Assembly: GCA_002104905.1 (NCBI GenBank)
Contig: MCFE01000478.1
Span: 1-64,000 of the forward strand
Length of the DNA stretch: 64,000 nt
DNA from: Basidiobolus meristosporus CBS 931.73
Lineage: Eukaryota; Fungi; Basidiobolomycota
Direction of reading: 5' to 3'
Within the stretch, counting starts at the first letter, position 1; each line of letters starts with the position of its first letter. Below the pieces are notes generated by a model, which did no database searches, was not told the origin of the DNA, and saw nothing but the letters and a program-made list of their open reading frames with translations. Position numbers and translations under genes: made by a program. Shown piece by piece: positions 48,324 through 60,485 of the stretch.

Positions 48324-49924
48324 TTATTGATGGAGTGGTGCATGTTCAACTAAATATATACCTAACCGTGGAGGTGTCCTGAGTGCTCGAGATGTCCAGC
48401 CTGCGACGGGTGGATTCTGATGGAGTAAAGTGAGAGATAGGGTTAGTATCCGTGGGAGAACAGTAGACCCAGTGATGGGGATCTTTTTCTTACCTTGACC
48501 ATTCGTTGGTTCGTCTTGTGAGTGCAACGCGAACTCTATCAGTATGGGTAATGGCGGCACAGGGGTGTATGAAACGTTACCTGGGTGGCCCCGTTTTTTG
48601 GCTTTTTCGTTGAGTTCGATCTTGACTTGAGTGAACTCGGGTAATTTCTCGTCCTTCGGGTCGGTCTGGGTGATGTAAAAGTCCAGTAGCTGCGAGCACA
48701 CGTCTTGAATAGGTTGGGTTAGTGGCTGCATTGCTGCTGCCTGGATCGGTTCGGTTGGTAGGGATCTTACCTTCGATCATTTCTAGTCGACACGACAGCG
48801 CTTTGTACCACGGTTTGCCATCCAGCGTGGCTGGCACCCGGAATCTCCCACGGGAGAGTAGAACTGCTAGGTGAATGGCCCCCGCTGCCACGATATGTGG
48901 GGGGTATTGCAAACCCAGTTGCGTTTTGTAACTAAATCAATTCATCTGGTTAGGTTCCCTGTGAGGTTCCCTGTGAGTACGGCGACGAGGCACCACCAAC
49001 CTTTCCACCGTGATGCTCCACGCTTTCTGAGCGAGCTTTTTGTCACCTAAATAAGACGGGGTTTCCCGGGTCAATCCTCAGTCACTCGATGTCAGGTTTG
49101 TTGGGGGGGGGGGTTACCGTTGAGCTTCCTCACGAATTTGATGATGTATTTGAATGGGTGCTGTACTCTAAAATCGAAACACAGCGTCTCAATGATCAGC
49201 CGTTCGTAAGAGATGATTCGTTTTCTCTTCTCCTCAGCCTCCTGATGATTTCGCTAGGACGTCAGTGGGTGTGGGGTGGGGAGGAGAGGAGGTGGGCCAA
49301 GGGGACTTACTGGGCTGTCGAGGTTCATATGTTTTCCCGGGTGGGCTGCCTCGTAGGTGGCGGCCAAAATGTCCGAGAGTTTCTTGAACGTCTCCTCGAT
49401 TTTGCAGGCGACGAACAAGCACGCGATCGAGACCGTCTAAAGGGGGCAAGAACGAGGGGTTCAGCGAAAGGCCCAAACTTCGGCAACGAGAAGGGGACCG
49501 TTTACCATGGGGGAAAAATCGTTCAGCGAGTAGAACAGATAGAACCGGTGATACAGAAGCTGCGCTGTGCTCAACGTGCGTTGTGGGCTAAAGGGGAGAC
49601 AAGGTTAAGGAAAACGCCCACTCTGGTTTCGAACCTCCCCCACTCCCCGTCCCGCCTCCGCGGTGGTCTCAAATAAGGATACAAGCCAAGCAGCTTCCCG
49701 CTGTGCGTGATGAAGTTGCAACAGTGAACCCTCGTCTTGATCTCCTTTCTTACCGGAACATTGTCCCGCGACGAAGGGTTGTTCGTCAGCTCGTCTTTCG
49801 TGAAGTAGAGGTGGGAATGCCGCTCCACGCATAGTTTTCGTGTGGGCTCGACTTGCTCGCTCTTCGAGGGTCTCGGGTTGTCCACCGGTGTGGCGGTCCT
49901 AGGGGAACGCGTGTTTCTGGACAT
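48324..49924 (-). CDS. Cyclin K/T-family cyclin (Ctk2/Pch1-like), multi-exon
   Basis: PQRTLSTAQLLYHRFYL, ACLFVACKIEETFKKLSDI, QYPPHIVAAGAIHLA. Confidence 0.85.
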
Positions 49925-50179
49925 CCGCTGGAGATTTGATGGGAATATCCGTCAGAGGGATGCTGACCCATATCGACGAGCCACCCCTTTCACGTGACCT
50001 ACGAGGGCCGGGGAAATTTTCTTTTTTCTCCACTCCGATAGAAATCAACAGCCATCTTGATTCAAACACTTGGATTTATTTCAATGGGTGGTTGGAATGA
50101 GGGTATGGGGTGGGTGAGGGGTGACGGGTGAGTGTGTCATGCAATATTATGTGTTCTATCTACCACGTCTATGCTTAAG

Positions 50180-50692
50180 TTAAACTCGGCTGGCGGCGAA
50201 AGATTGGCATTGTTTCAACATGTCCATGTAGAATTGGCAGGCGGAGAAATCGTTGTTGTTGGATTCCATGCAGTTGGTGAAGGCCTTGAGGTCGGCATCG
50301 CAGCTGTGGCTGGCGGGGGCCTGGAAGGGGGAGGCCTCATACTGAGGAGCAGCGGGTGCGGGTTGGGGAGCAGCTTGAGGGACGGCTTCCTCAGAGCCTC
50401 CGCTTCCACTGAAAAGGCTGGTCATACCGTGACCAACGGCGTGGCCAACGGCGGAACCAACGGCAACGCCAGCAGCGGTAGAGGCCATTTGAGCGAAAAG
50501 ACCTGGTTGTTGGGGTTGAGCTGGAGCCATAGCGGCAGCGGGGGCAGCAGTCATGGCCGCGGGCTGAGGAGGAGGAGCATGTTGAACCGGAGCGGGAGCT
50601 GGGGCAGCACGTTGTGGGGGAGGAGCAGCAACAGTAGAAGCTGAACGGGTTTGAGTGCGAGGAGCGGCGGAGCGTCTAGATTGGCGAGGCAT
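50180..50692 (-). CDS. MIX17: CHCHD2/CHCHD10/Mix17-like twin-Cx9C mitochondrial protein
   Basis: PGLFAQMASTAAGVAVGSAVGHAVG and CDADLKAFTNC..CQFYMDMLKQC. Confidence 0.95.
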   Translation of the reverse strand: MPRQSRRSAAPRTQTRSASTVAAPPPQRAAPAPAPVQHAPPPQPAAMTAAPAAAMAPAQPQQPGLFAQMASTAAGVAVGSAVGHAVGHGMTSLFSGSGGSEEAVPQAAPQPAPAAPQYEASPFQAPASHSCDADLKAFTNCMESNNNDFSACQFYMDMLKQCQSFAASRV

Positions 50693-51477
50693 GTTGACAA
50701 CGGTTAGGTGCTAATCACCAGGAGCGCAAACCTTTTATTATATTGTCTCAAATTAACGCCGGGCCCAATCAGATCCCCCCATCCGACATGCTGCGGGTTC
50801 GCCAAAAATTTCGCTCGACTTCTTTCACATCCAACTTCCCCACGTCCATCTCATTGGCTGGCACCGATAATCAATCCCTCTGATTCGCCGCAGCCTTTCG
50901 GAAACTGATCGGTGCTCATGAATTGGGTCTCCGCCGAATTGGCCCTACTACCAAAGCGCACCAATGGACTCTTACACTAACTTGATTTGGGTCGGTCGCT
51001 TTGCTTGCTTCAGGCATTTCCACTTGCTGATCTGTCTATAAGCCCCGGTTAAGATAACATCCATCAACACTTCCATTAATACTTCACCGACCTACCCAGG
51101 GATGATTGGTTGGTGGATCTGGGCTTCAGCACTCTCCAAGCATAGGTTTGGTATTCCATGACAAAACTGGTGTTCAACATACATACACCAAGTGCGGTTG
51201 CTTCCTTTGAACTCAATTGACCAATAACCCTTGGAAACTTTTGGTGGACTCCATCACAATATCTGAAAAAATCCAACTTGCAGCATGCTCACAACTCTCC
51301 AAGGGTTGGGGTCAGGGTTCATGTTGTAGGGTAAGAGATTGAAAGTAGTTGGGCTGGGTGGCTTTCATGTACTAACTTTTTGAGTGCAGAAGCAGTGCAT
51401 ATATGTTTACAAGGTCTTGGCCAAACAGTCCTTTCCCATATGTTTAGGAAGGTCCAAAGTGTTGTAAATATTGTAAT

Positions 51478-52674
51478 TGTTGTGAAAATTTGTCATTTCA
51501 CCTGAATATTCACCTAACTTAGTCACTTGGATTATTACCTGCAAGTCTTGGAGAATTCTGACCAAATTCCATGTGGGGACCCACTTTGAGTATTGTTGCC
51601 AAACTATCCAGTACCCAAAGCATGAACTTCTCAAAGTTGACCAAACATCCCCAACCTTTGCACACATGTCATTGATATCTTCCTAAGCACACTCCTGTAC
51701 TTGTATTGCCAAGACTATGCAAAAGTATAAGTACTACTTTTGCATTCAATAAATGATCAAGTGAAAACCACATAATCTACTTGTTCTCCTAATCCCTTCC
51801 AATATCTCCAAACCTGATACAACAGGTTATGAGCCCCAAGCAATCACTTGCTGTAATGTCTATTCCTGTAATTACTGGTACTTTCCCCCTTTTGCTGAAA
51901 AGTTGGCTGGATCTAACAACCAAGTCTGGAAGGTGAAGATACTGTTACAGAAAAGAGGCCTTTGGGAGACTGTTGTTGGAGATGAATGCTATCCTAGAGG
52001 CATAGGAGAAGAAGCCTTCAAGTACCAACAGAAAGAACAGAGTGCTTTCAACTGCATTTGCCTCAATTTTAAAGACAAATTGCTAATTCAATGCCCAAGT
52101 GCAAAAATGGCAAAGAATGCCTAGAAGGCATCAGCAGACACATACCAGACATGTTCAGTCACTAAGAAAATGTAGCTTGGACAAGAATGCATTACTAGAT
52201 AGATGCTCCCAGGAGAATGAATGGAAAATCTGATTACCTGAAGTACTCTGTTGCTTAAACAGATGGAATCAGATGGTGTACAAACAACTGATGAAGATGG
52301 TGTTGTAACTATTGAGTGGTCATCTGTGTTGTAAAATTCATAATTCCACCATGATTTTCACCTGACTTAGTCACTTAGATCATTACCTTCAAATCCTAGA
52401 GAATACTGACCAAATTATTTGTTGGATATACTTCAAATATTTTCACCAAAATACCAGGTACCCAGAACATGAAAATTCTCAAAGTTGTTCAAACAGTCTT
52501 AAACTCTGCACACATGTTCTTGGGATCTTCCTTAACCTATTCCTGATGTTTTTTATGCTAAGGCCATGTAAAAGTATAAATACTACTTTTACATTCAATA
52601 AATCATTAAGTGAAAGCCACATAATCTACTTGTCCTCCCAAATCACTTCCAGTATCTTCAAGACTCTTACAACT
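51478..52674 (+). mobile_element. Internally deleted Ty1/Copia element: LTR 51478-51824, PBS, gag remnant, LTR 52327-52674
   Basis: TGTTG...CAACA LTR, PBS GGTTATGAGCCC at 51825-51836, gag EKLAGSNNQVWKVK..LLQKRGLWE..KEQSAF (DUF4219/gag_2-like). No matching TSD seen. Confidence 0.8.
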
Positions 52675-52700
52675 TTCTACATGTTAGTTATGGCAAGACC

Positions 52701-52970
52701 ATGTAAAAGTAGTATTTATATTTTTACACTGTCTTGGCATTACAGACACGTAGAGTGGGTTAAGGAAGGCCCCAAGAACTTGTGTGCAAAGTTTGGGGCT
52801 GTTTGGACACCTTTCAGAATTTTCATGTTGTTGGTACCAAGTATTTTGGTAAAAATATTCTAAGTAATTCCCAACAAAGAATTTGGACAGTACTCTCTAG
52901 GATTTGAGGATAATGATCTAAGTGACTAAGTTAGGTAAATATTTAGGTGGAATTACAAATTTTTATAACA
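52701..52970 (-). mobile_element. Third Copia LTR copy, inverted and 3'-truncated
   Basis: Reverse complement begins TGTTATAAAAATTTGTAATTCCACC and shares acttagtcacttagatcatta with the other copies. Confidence 0.8.
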
Positions 52971-54480
52971 GTGTGGAAGGTGAAGATGAAGATGCTGCTA
53001 CAAGAAAGAGGCCTTTGCAATATTGCCATGGGAGAAGGATTGTGGTAATGGAAAGTATTCCATTACTACAATATCTCTAAACCAATATTGCACTCATTTC
53101 TTTATTTTGCTTTTTGCTATTGTAACACACAAGTGAAAGATCAAGAATTTCCAACTTTGAAGGACAAATGCTCCAGACCCTGACAAGCAATCCACCCAAG
53201 AATATTATGTCATACAGAACATGTAGTAGCCAACACATGTTTCAAATTGCAGCTCATCTGAAGCAGTACTTAAGGAGTTATGACCAAAAGAGTCCAATTA
53301 TTATATATACTATGCCTTATTGCTAGGATTACTATAGTGACTTTGATCACATGTAACTTCTGAACCAGCCAATCATATCATGTGATATTCTCACAGGTGC
53401 TGCGCCTATGTCCGATCTGTGCCACTGCACAATTTTAGCTTTGTATCACATGTATTGCTTGTGCAATCACCCAAAAACTTTGATCCTTCAGAATTTTCAT
53501 ATATATGACTTCCCCAGCTGAAAAATAAAGGGAGAGCCTCTCTTTCCAGAATCTCCACGCTACAATTACAAGTTTAAAGGTTATAAGACTTCCCCTGCAT
53601 CACTTGCACTGTTGAGTATTCTGACTTTGATTGGTACTACATTAGTAAAGAGACTGCAAAGCTCACAAGAATCCAATCTAAGTTCTACAAGAAACTACCA
53701 CTTTTCTGTTGGAAAAGTTCCCTCTAAGAAACCCCTTTACTCTAAAGACACCCCTTTAGGCACCCCTTTAAGTCTAAAGACCCCTTTAGAGACCTCTTTA
53801 AGAAACCCCTTTACTCTAAAATCACCCCTTTAGACACCCCTCTAGGTCTAAAGTCCACTTTAGAGACTTCTACAACACACCCCTTGAGGTTAGAGGGGAG
53901 GTCAGAATTTCCATATTAGGAAACATTTTCTCAGAAAGGAAGGTGACTTCCAAATAAGGAGAAGCCACTATAAAAGTAAATAAGCCCATTAGCTGACAGA
54001 AGGTCAGAACACTGCTGTAGAAGTGATAAACACTGCCTGTAGTATATTTTGAGCCTCAGATTGAAGAAATTAGTGAAAGTTATATCTTCAATTGGTATAT
54101 CAAGCTCCCAATAAACTATTTCTGTATTAGCATACTTGAAGTTGTTGTATATTGTTGATTAGCCTCTACATTGTAGAACAAGCCCCAAACTAATCATAAT
54201 ACAACACAACAGAATGCCCTCCTACTAATGTGGGAGAGGAAGCCTTTAAGTACCAGAAGAAAGAACAAAGTGCCTTTAAGTGCATTTGCCTTAATGTTAA
54301 AGACAAGTTGCTAGTTCAATGCTCAAGAGCAAAAACAGCAACAAATGTCTGGAAGGCATTAGAAGACACCAACTGGTCATGTTCAGCTGCTAAGAAAATG
54401 TATCTTAGACAAAGATTCTTTACTACAAAGATGCAGCCAGGAGAAGAAATGAAAAGTCTGATCAACCAACCCTATAAAAA
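52971..54480 (+). mobile_element. Second Copia gag remnant split by a ~1.2-kb unidentified insertion
   Basis: VWKVKMKMLLQERGL..GEG (52971-53040) continues as VGEEAFKYQKKEQSAF..KMYLRQRFFTTKMQPGE (54230-54480). Confidence 0.7.
53726..53873. repeat. 2 x 74 bp tandem repeat rich in CCCCTTTA
   Basis: Units start aagaaacccctttactctaaa at 53726 and 53800. Confidence 0.8.
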
Positions 54481-54504
54481 ATTATTGAGATGATCCTGTC
54501 AAAA

Positions 54505-54898
54505 TATTATATTTGATTCTTTCCCAAGTTTGTTCTTGTACAGGCAAAGATACTTTTCTGTCTTTGTAACTATTGACCACAGCTGCATTCTTATCAAGTT
54601 CCTACTTGTGGAGTTTACAGTTGTTTTAACTTTGGAAGCTTTAGTACATTGTGATCTCAAATGATGCTGAGCCCACCACATACTTTTCTTAAGATGCCAA
54701 CTAAGTTTGGGATTGTAGCTCAATAGTTTTCCCTTGACAAGCTTGTGGCTTTATTCCCCTTCACATTAGATTAGAGACAGAACCCTTGTATACCTAGCAA
54801 GCTTTTGCCAGAGGTTATTGCTCCCAGTGAACACCCCACGCACAAAACACTTGAGAAGTGCTGGACGTATATCTCCCTTGGACCTATACACCACCACA
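54505..54898 (-). repeat. LTR-like repeat family B, left copy (3'-truncated)
   Basis: Reverse complement of 57471-57865, roughly 95% identical by eye. Confidence 0.9.
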
Positions 54899-57470
54899 AT
54901 GTTTGTGTGAATTGATTGGCTATTGCCTCTTTTTCACACTCCTTACTTCCGGACTCAACCATTTCTGTTACTTTTCATGCATACAAATTGATATATTTCC
55001 ATTGAAACTTCAGTTGTACCTCAATTGCCAGTTGTATTGGTCAATGCAAGTCTCTATACCCTGCACTAACATTAAGCCCAACCCCACACTCAACAAGTAA
55101 CTCCATTAAAATCCACCACTCAAAAAGTATTTCTGCTGTAATGCTCTGGTTCCACAACTTTAGCGGGAACCCATTGGCTTTATGCCACTGTTCATTCACT
55201 GGTTCCCACACATCCTGGTCTTCAGCTGGCACTGCAAGGTCTAGCTCCTTGTCTGCCAGTCTTTGCAATAAATCCTTGCAATATTCCAGTGCTTTTTCTT
55301 GAGCACTGCTTTGAAGAAGTACGGCAACATCTTGGTGTGCCTATTAATGTTCTAAAACTCCACTGAAGGTATTATGATAGTCTTTTGAGCTCTTGACGTT
55401 GTAGCCTTGTCTGTCAGTGGGATCTCCACTATGTCAACAATGGAGGCTGTGGAGGCTGTGGTAGACAAATTGCCTTTTTCAGCAAACTCATCTACCTTGC
55501 TGGAGTGTAGCTCAACTGGCGGCGCTTCCAACTCCTGTGAAAACAGCTGTTTTCTTGTTGGCAATTCTTCTTGGCTATGATGGGATTCAGTTTGTTCCTT
55601 GCTTGCGGTGTTAATTGGCAAGAACTGCAGTTAGTTTTGCATGCCTTCCTGTCTCTGGCTTGAGCAGACATTTTTCCCTTTACCTTTTCCTTTATCACTG
55701 CCAGGTCTTTCACTGCTACTTTGTCTGAGTGCTTTGTGTAAAGAACTACATCTTCTCCTGGATAAATTCTGCTCTGACGCATCTGTTTTGGCCTGCTTGT
55801 CCCTTGCTGGCACTCTTCTGGCAACCTGATGTTTCTTTTCTGCTTGTTTTGAGCTCTCAACTGTAGTTGTGACAGGCTCCTGCAAAAGCGGCAGGTTTTT
55901 TATCACTGCCAGGTCCTTCACTGCTACTTTGACTGGGTGCTTCTTAAGTGGTACTTTGCTTTTTCCTTGATAAATGTTGTGCTGGTGGATCCATGTCTGC
56001 CTGCATTCCCTATTGGCACTCTTCCAGCTACCTGACATCTCTTTGACACTTGTCTGAAGCTTTTGGCCCTGCTTGTAATGGGCTCTTGAGGAAGCTGCTG
56101 GTTTTTAGCCATGGCACCTTGTTCTTCTGCCTTTGATGGTTTCTGCTATTCTTAAGATACTTTCTTAGCATACCAATGCTGGCTCAAAATCTGTTTGCCT
56201 GTTTGAATCCAGGATAATGCTCATGGAACAAGTCAAGTGCATTCTGCTTGGCCTTGAGTTCCTGATGGTCCCATGGTATGCCAGCCTTAAGGTGATGGAG
56301 TGCTAGACTTCCAATGGCCTCTTGTTTATTAGCCCACTCTTCATTATTGTACTCAAGGGCTTCACAGATCTTAAATATCTTTTGATTTTTAGGCTTTGGT
56401 ATAAACACCACATTGTCTCCCTCCCATGCTGTGGTAGGTTTTTCTATGGGCTTTATCTTTGGGCACTGTTGTTGTGCTTCAAAGACTGTATAGTGTTCCT
56501 CTGCTGTTACATTGGGATATGGCTCAATTCATGGCTGAGACATTGAGCTACTTGAGTTTCTTCTTTGCAGAAAAGATACTGCTTTCTCTACCCAAGATAT
56601 TGATTGCTCTATACATATTGTCTGCTCATCCTGTTTCTGGACTATTTCCTGATTTCTTTGGGCCTTTGCATCTATCCTATCAGCCACTGCCCCTAATTGC
56701 TTCATTAATGCTTTGGTATGAGCTGACAACATACTTGCTAATATGGGTGGTGATGTTATCATGGCCACTTGCTGATCTTCAACTGAGGGTACAGCATTTG
56801 CTAAATTCTCATCTGCCTGAGCATAACAGTCAGATGGTGGCTCCACAGAGGTTCTCAATTGTCTACATGACTTAGAGCCAGAGGAGTCTACATTATTATC
56901 TTCAATGGGCACACTGTCCACAGGACCTTTTTTGGGTGTAGACCTGCTTGTTGCACTGAATGTCAAAGCAAGCTGTTGTCCAACAGTTCTTCTGTTGCCA
57001 TCAGCAATGGGGTTTGTTTGAGAACCAGACAAATTTGCTTTATTTTTTGGCAGCACATATATGGGAGTGAGTCAAACCAAAGGGGATATAGTGATATATG
57101 TACACATGTATGTGGTGCCACAACTTTATTTATAATGCTTACTATGACAGGTCATCATTGAATCTTACATTCATATAGGTGCGATGTCTCAAATACAAGA
57201 CTGTCTTAAGTTCACATGAGCATTGACCAAAAAGTGATATAATAGCGTTACATTGTTCAAGGTCAAACTGTTTGCCTCATGGACAAGATTACTTTGACTC
57301 AACACTGTAAGAAAAGAGAAAAAAGACCATGTGGCTATTCTGACAAGACTCTCAGCCATGAAGCACGCAGACAGCTTAGAAACTAATACAAGGATCATTG
57401 CCAGTGCTTTGCTACCCAAGTCATATTTGACCATTCATTAGTCACTACTGTACTAACATTATGTTGCCGG

Positions 57471-57892
57471 TGTGGTGGTGTATAAGTCCAAGGGAGAGAT
57501 ACATCCAACACTTCTCAAGTGTTTTGTGCGTGGGGTGTTCACTGGGTGCAATAACCTCTGGCAAAATCTTGCTAGGAATACTAGGGTTCTGTCTCTAATC
57601 TAATGTGAAGGGGAATAAAGCCACAAGCTTGTCAAGGGAAAACTATTGAGCTACAATCCCAAACTTAGTTGGCATCTTAACAAAAGTATGTGGTGGGTTC
57701 AGCATCATTTGAGATGACAATGTACTAAAGCTTCCAAAGTTAAAACAACTGTAAACTCCACAAGCAGGAACTTGATAAGAATGCAGCTGTGGTCAATAGT
57801 TACAAAGACAGAAAAGTATCTTTGCCTGTACAAGAACAAACTTGGGAAAGAATCAAATATAATAAAAGATACATACTCTGAGTATTCCTCAC
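57471..57892 (+). repeat. LTR-like repeat family B, right copy (TG...CA, AATAAA near the end)
   Basis: TGTGGTGGTGTATA...AATAAAAGATACATACTCTGAGTATTCCTCACA. Confidence 0.85.
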
Positions 57893-57918
57893 AAGTAGTG
57901 CCTCCAAGGTCAGTTGGC

Positions 57919-58302
57919 TGTCAGCATGGTTTCCTGGGAGTGTCCAGTGGTCTGGGGTTGGAAGTTCAGGTAGCAGCAGGTAGCAGTGATCACACTAATC
58001 AACAAGTTGGTATATTGATAAATGGATGATGATTTATTGTAGAGGGTTAGCCTCCCTTATATACTTTTCTTACTGGCTAAGTGAATACTAATCATGGTGT
58101 CCTAGAAGGTTCCAGATATCAATAGAAATCTTAATGACATTGCAATGACCTAAGAATGTTCTAAGTAGGTGCCAGAAGGTTCTAAGAGGCAAAGCACATC
58201 CCACCAACCAGTAATCAGTACTCCAAAGCCTGTGTGACATAGGGATACCATATATGGTATGGAAATAGTAGGGATGGTGACACGGGCTGATCATGTGTCA
58301 CA
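57919..58302 (-). mobile_element. Probable solo LTR of another family
   Basis: TG..CA ends. The minus strand has TATATAA followed by AATAAA, as in the Gypsy LTR, and shares tagaaggttccaga with 60486-61012. Ends are uncertain. Confidence 0.4.
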
Positions 58303-58514
58303 GGTACTGGCATGGGTACTTGCCTAATATAGAAGCACTTACTGCTAGTAATCTTACATAAAGTGGGGGATAACTTATGCAACAAGGTAAGCAGGTGTAA
58401 TAGTCAACCTGCTTATGGAATAATACTGATCAGGTGAGATAAATGCAATAAAACTAAAATAAGAGTAGTAGAGAAATAGTGAAGTAGAAAATATAGGAAT
58501 GAGCACATATATCA

Positions 58515-60485
58515 GTGGGTGTCACTTTGACCCCACTACACCAGCCAGTTGATGCTTCTATATTGGCACCTGGCTGTCTTTGCCACCTTGCGCAAACTGA
58601 GTCAGGTGAGTTTGTGACACCTTTAGGCTCACCTCAGCCTTCTGAATATGGCATGCAGAGTGACAGCTCAGACACAGAAGGTTCACTGATGGATTTTGAG
58701 CCTATCTCCCCTAACAACAGTATCATGTATGAGCCTGGTCAAATCCCTATATGCAATGAGACAACACCTGTTGAAACAAATGCCATGGATACTTTATGGA
58801 GCCAAGTGAGCCCAGTAGTCCATCTACTGGTGAATGATGTAATGTTGTGGCTAGTGAAGTGACATGTTTCCACTAATATTAGTAATGAGGGCTTTGAAGA
58901 TTTATTACTACTTCTTGCCAAAATCATACCAGGATGCAACATACCATGTACATGGTACAAGTGGACAACTTTCATGCGGCTGGCAACATATGATCCAGAG
59001 ACTGTCCTGATTCCAGCATGTGTTAACAGTTGCATGGCATTCACATCCAAAAATGCTATCATTGCAACATGTCCAAATTGTCAGGAATCCACCACCATTG
59101 AGGGAAAACATTGTTGACACTCTGGATATATTCCAGTCATACCCCATCTGTGGAAGCTGATGCAGTCCAACAAATATTGCAAAGCTATACAGTACTGCAC
59201 TAAGTATTAATCAAGTGCAAACATATCCAATACATTTGATGGCAAGCATTACAAACAGCTAAGAGGCAAGGGCTACTCTGAAGGTATGTATGACCACACC
59301 TTTGCTTTAGCACTTGATGGATTCTCATTAAACAAGTACTCTACCAGCAAATCCTGCTGGCCACTGATTCTCATCAATCTGAATCTGCCACCCATCTTAC
59401 GGTATCAGAGCAATGATCTGATGGTAGTCTCACTAGTATATGGGCCTATATCACCATCCAACCTGGATAGCTACCTGCATCCATTGCTGGATGAATTTTG
59501 TATGCTTTCCAGTGGGATAACAGTAAATTGCTATCATGTAAAAGCACATATTATTATCTGCATTGGAGATACCCCAGCCATCAGCAAGATAGCAGGTTTT
59601 TCCAGGCACAATGGACAGTATTGCTCTCAAATGTGTGAGATCCAGGGGATTAAATCCATAACTCACACACATTATTATTACCCAAGCACCAGCACTAAGA
59701 ACATCATCTCTCCACAGAGAGAAAATACAGAAGTAAGCATGCAATTGCAGCAAAGTTGGCAAGCTATTAGCAATTGGCCAGAATATGGAATCAATTGGAA
59801 ACCAGAGATACTTAAGATAGAGTGTATATGTTGGAGCAAAAGCTTTCCACTGGGAGCAGTGCTTTTGCTTTTGAACAATATCCCTATACATATGACCAAG
59901 TTGTACATGGGGCATTTCAAGCTAAATGAGCCCTATGAGATACTGGAGAAATTTGAAAGAATTGGCTAGATATTGCAGAGTATCTGCTACTCTAAGTACT
60001 TCTCACAGGCTCCACTTAATATTCATAAGCATATGCAACAATACAAATGCAAAGACTGGATGAACTGGATATGTATTTATTCAAGTGGTGTTCTGAAGCC
60101 ATTCCTACCAAGAGTATATTGGAAGCATTGGGAGTCATATGTGGACATTGTATGAATATTTATCCAAAAGCAGATCACCAATGCCAACTTGACGCATCTG
60201 CAGCTGTTGTGTGAGGAGTTTGTGATGGGATTTGAGTGGCTATACCACAAACATAAAGCTGAGAATGTGGATATCTGCTGCTACTGTATCCATTCTCTAC
60301 TCCATCTTGCATGGTGTGTGGAGAATATTGGACCTTACTTCACCTTTTGGGAGTTTCCTATGGAGTGGATGTGTGGGGAGATAGGAAGACAAGTCAAGTT
60401 GCAGGTACTACAATATCCTAATCTCATCAACAATATTACCTTCAAGTCTGCCATGGATGTAATGAGTTGGCACATGGAGGACAGC
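58515..60485 (+). mobile_element. Degenerate CACTA/CMC (Transposase_21-like) transposase
   Basis: CVNSCMAF..CPNC, FDGKHYKQL, LALDGF..WPLILINLNLPP, GP..PSNLDSYLHPLLDE, GDTPAISK, WEFPMEW. Contains stops and frameshifts and is cut by a Gypsy LTR at 60486. Confidence 0.85.
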
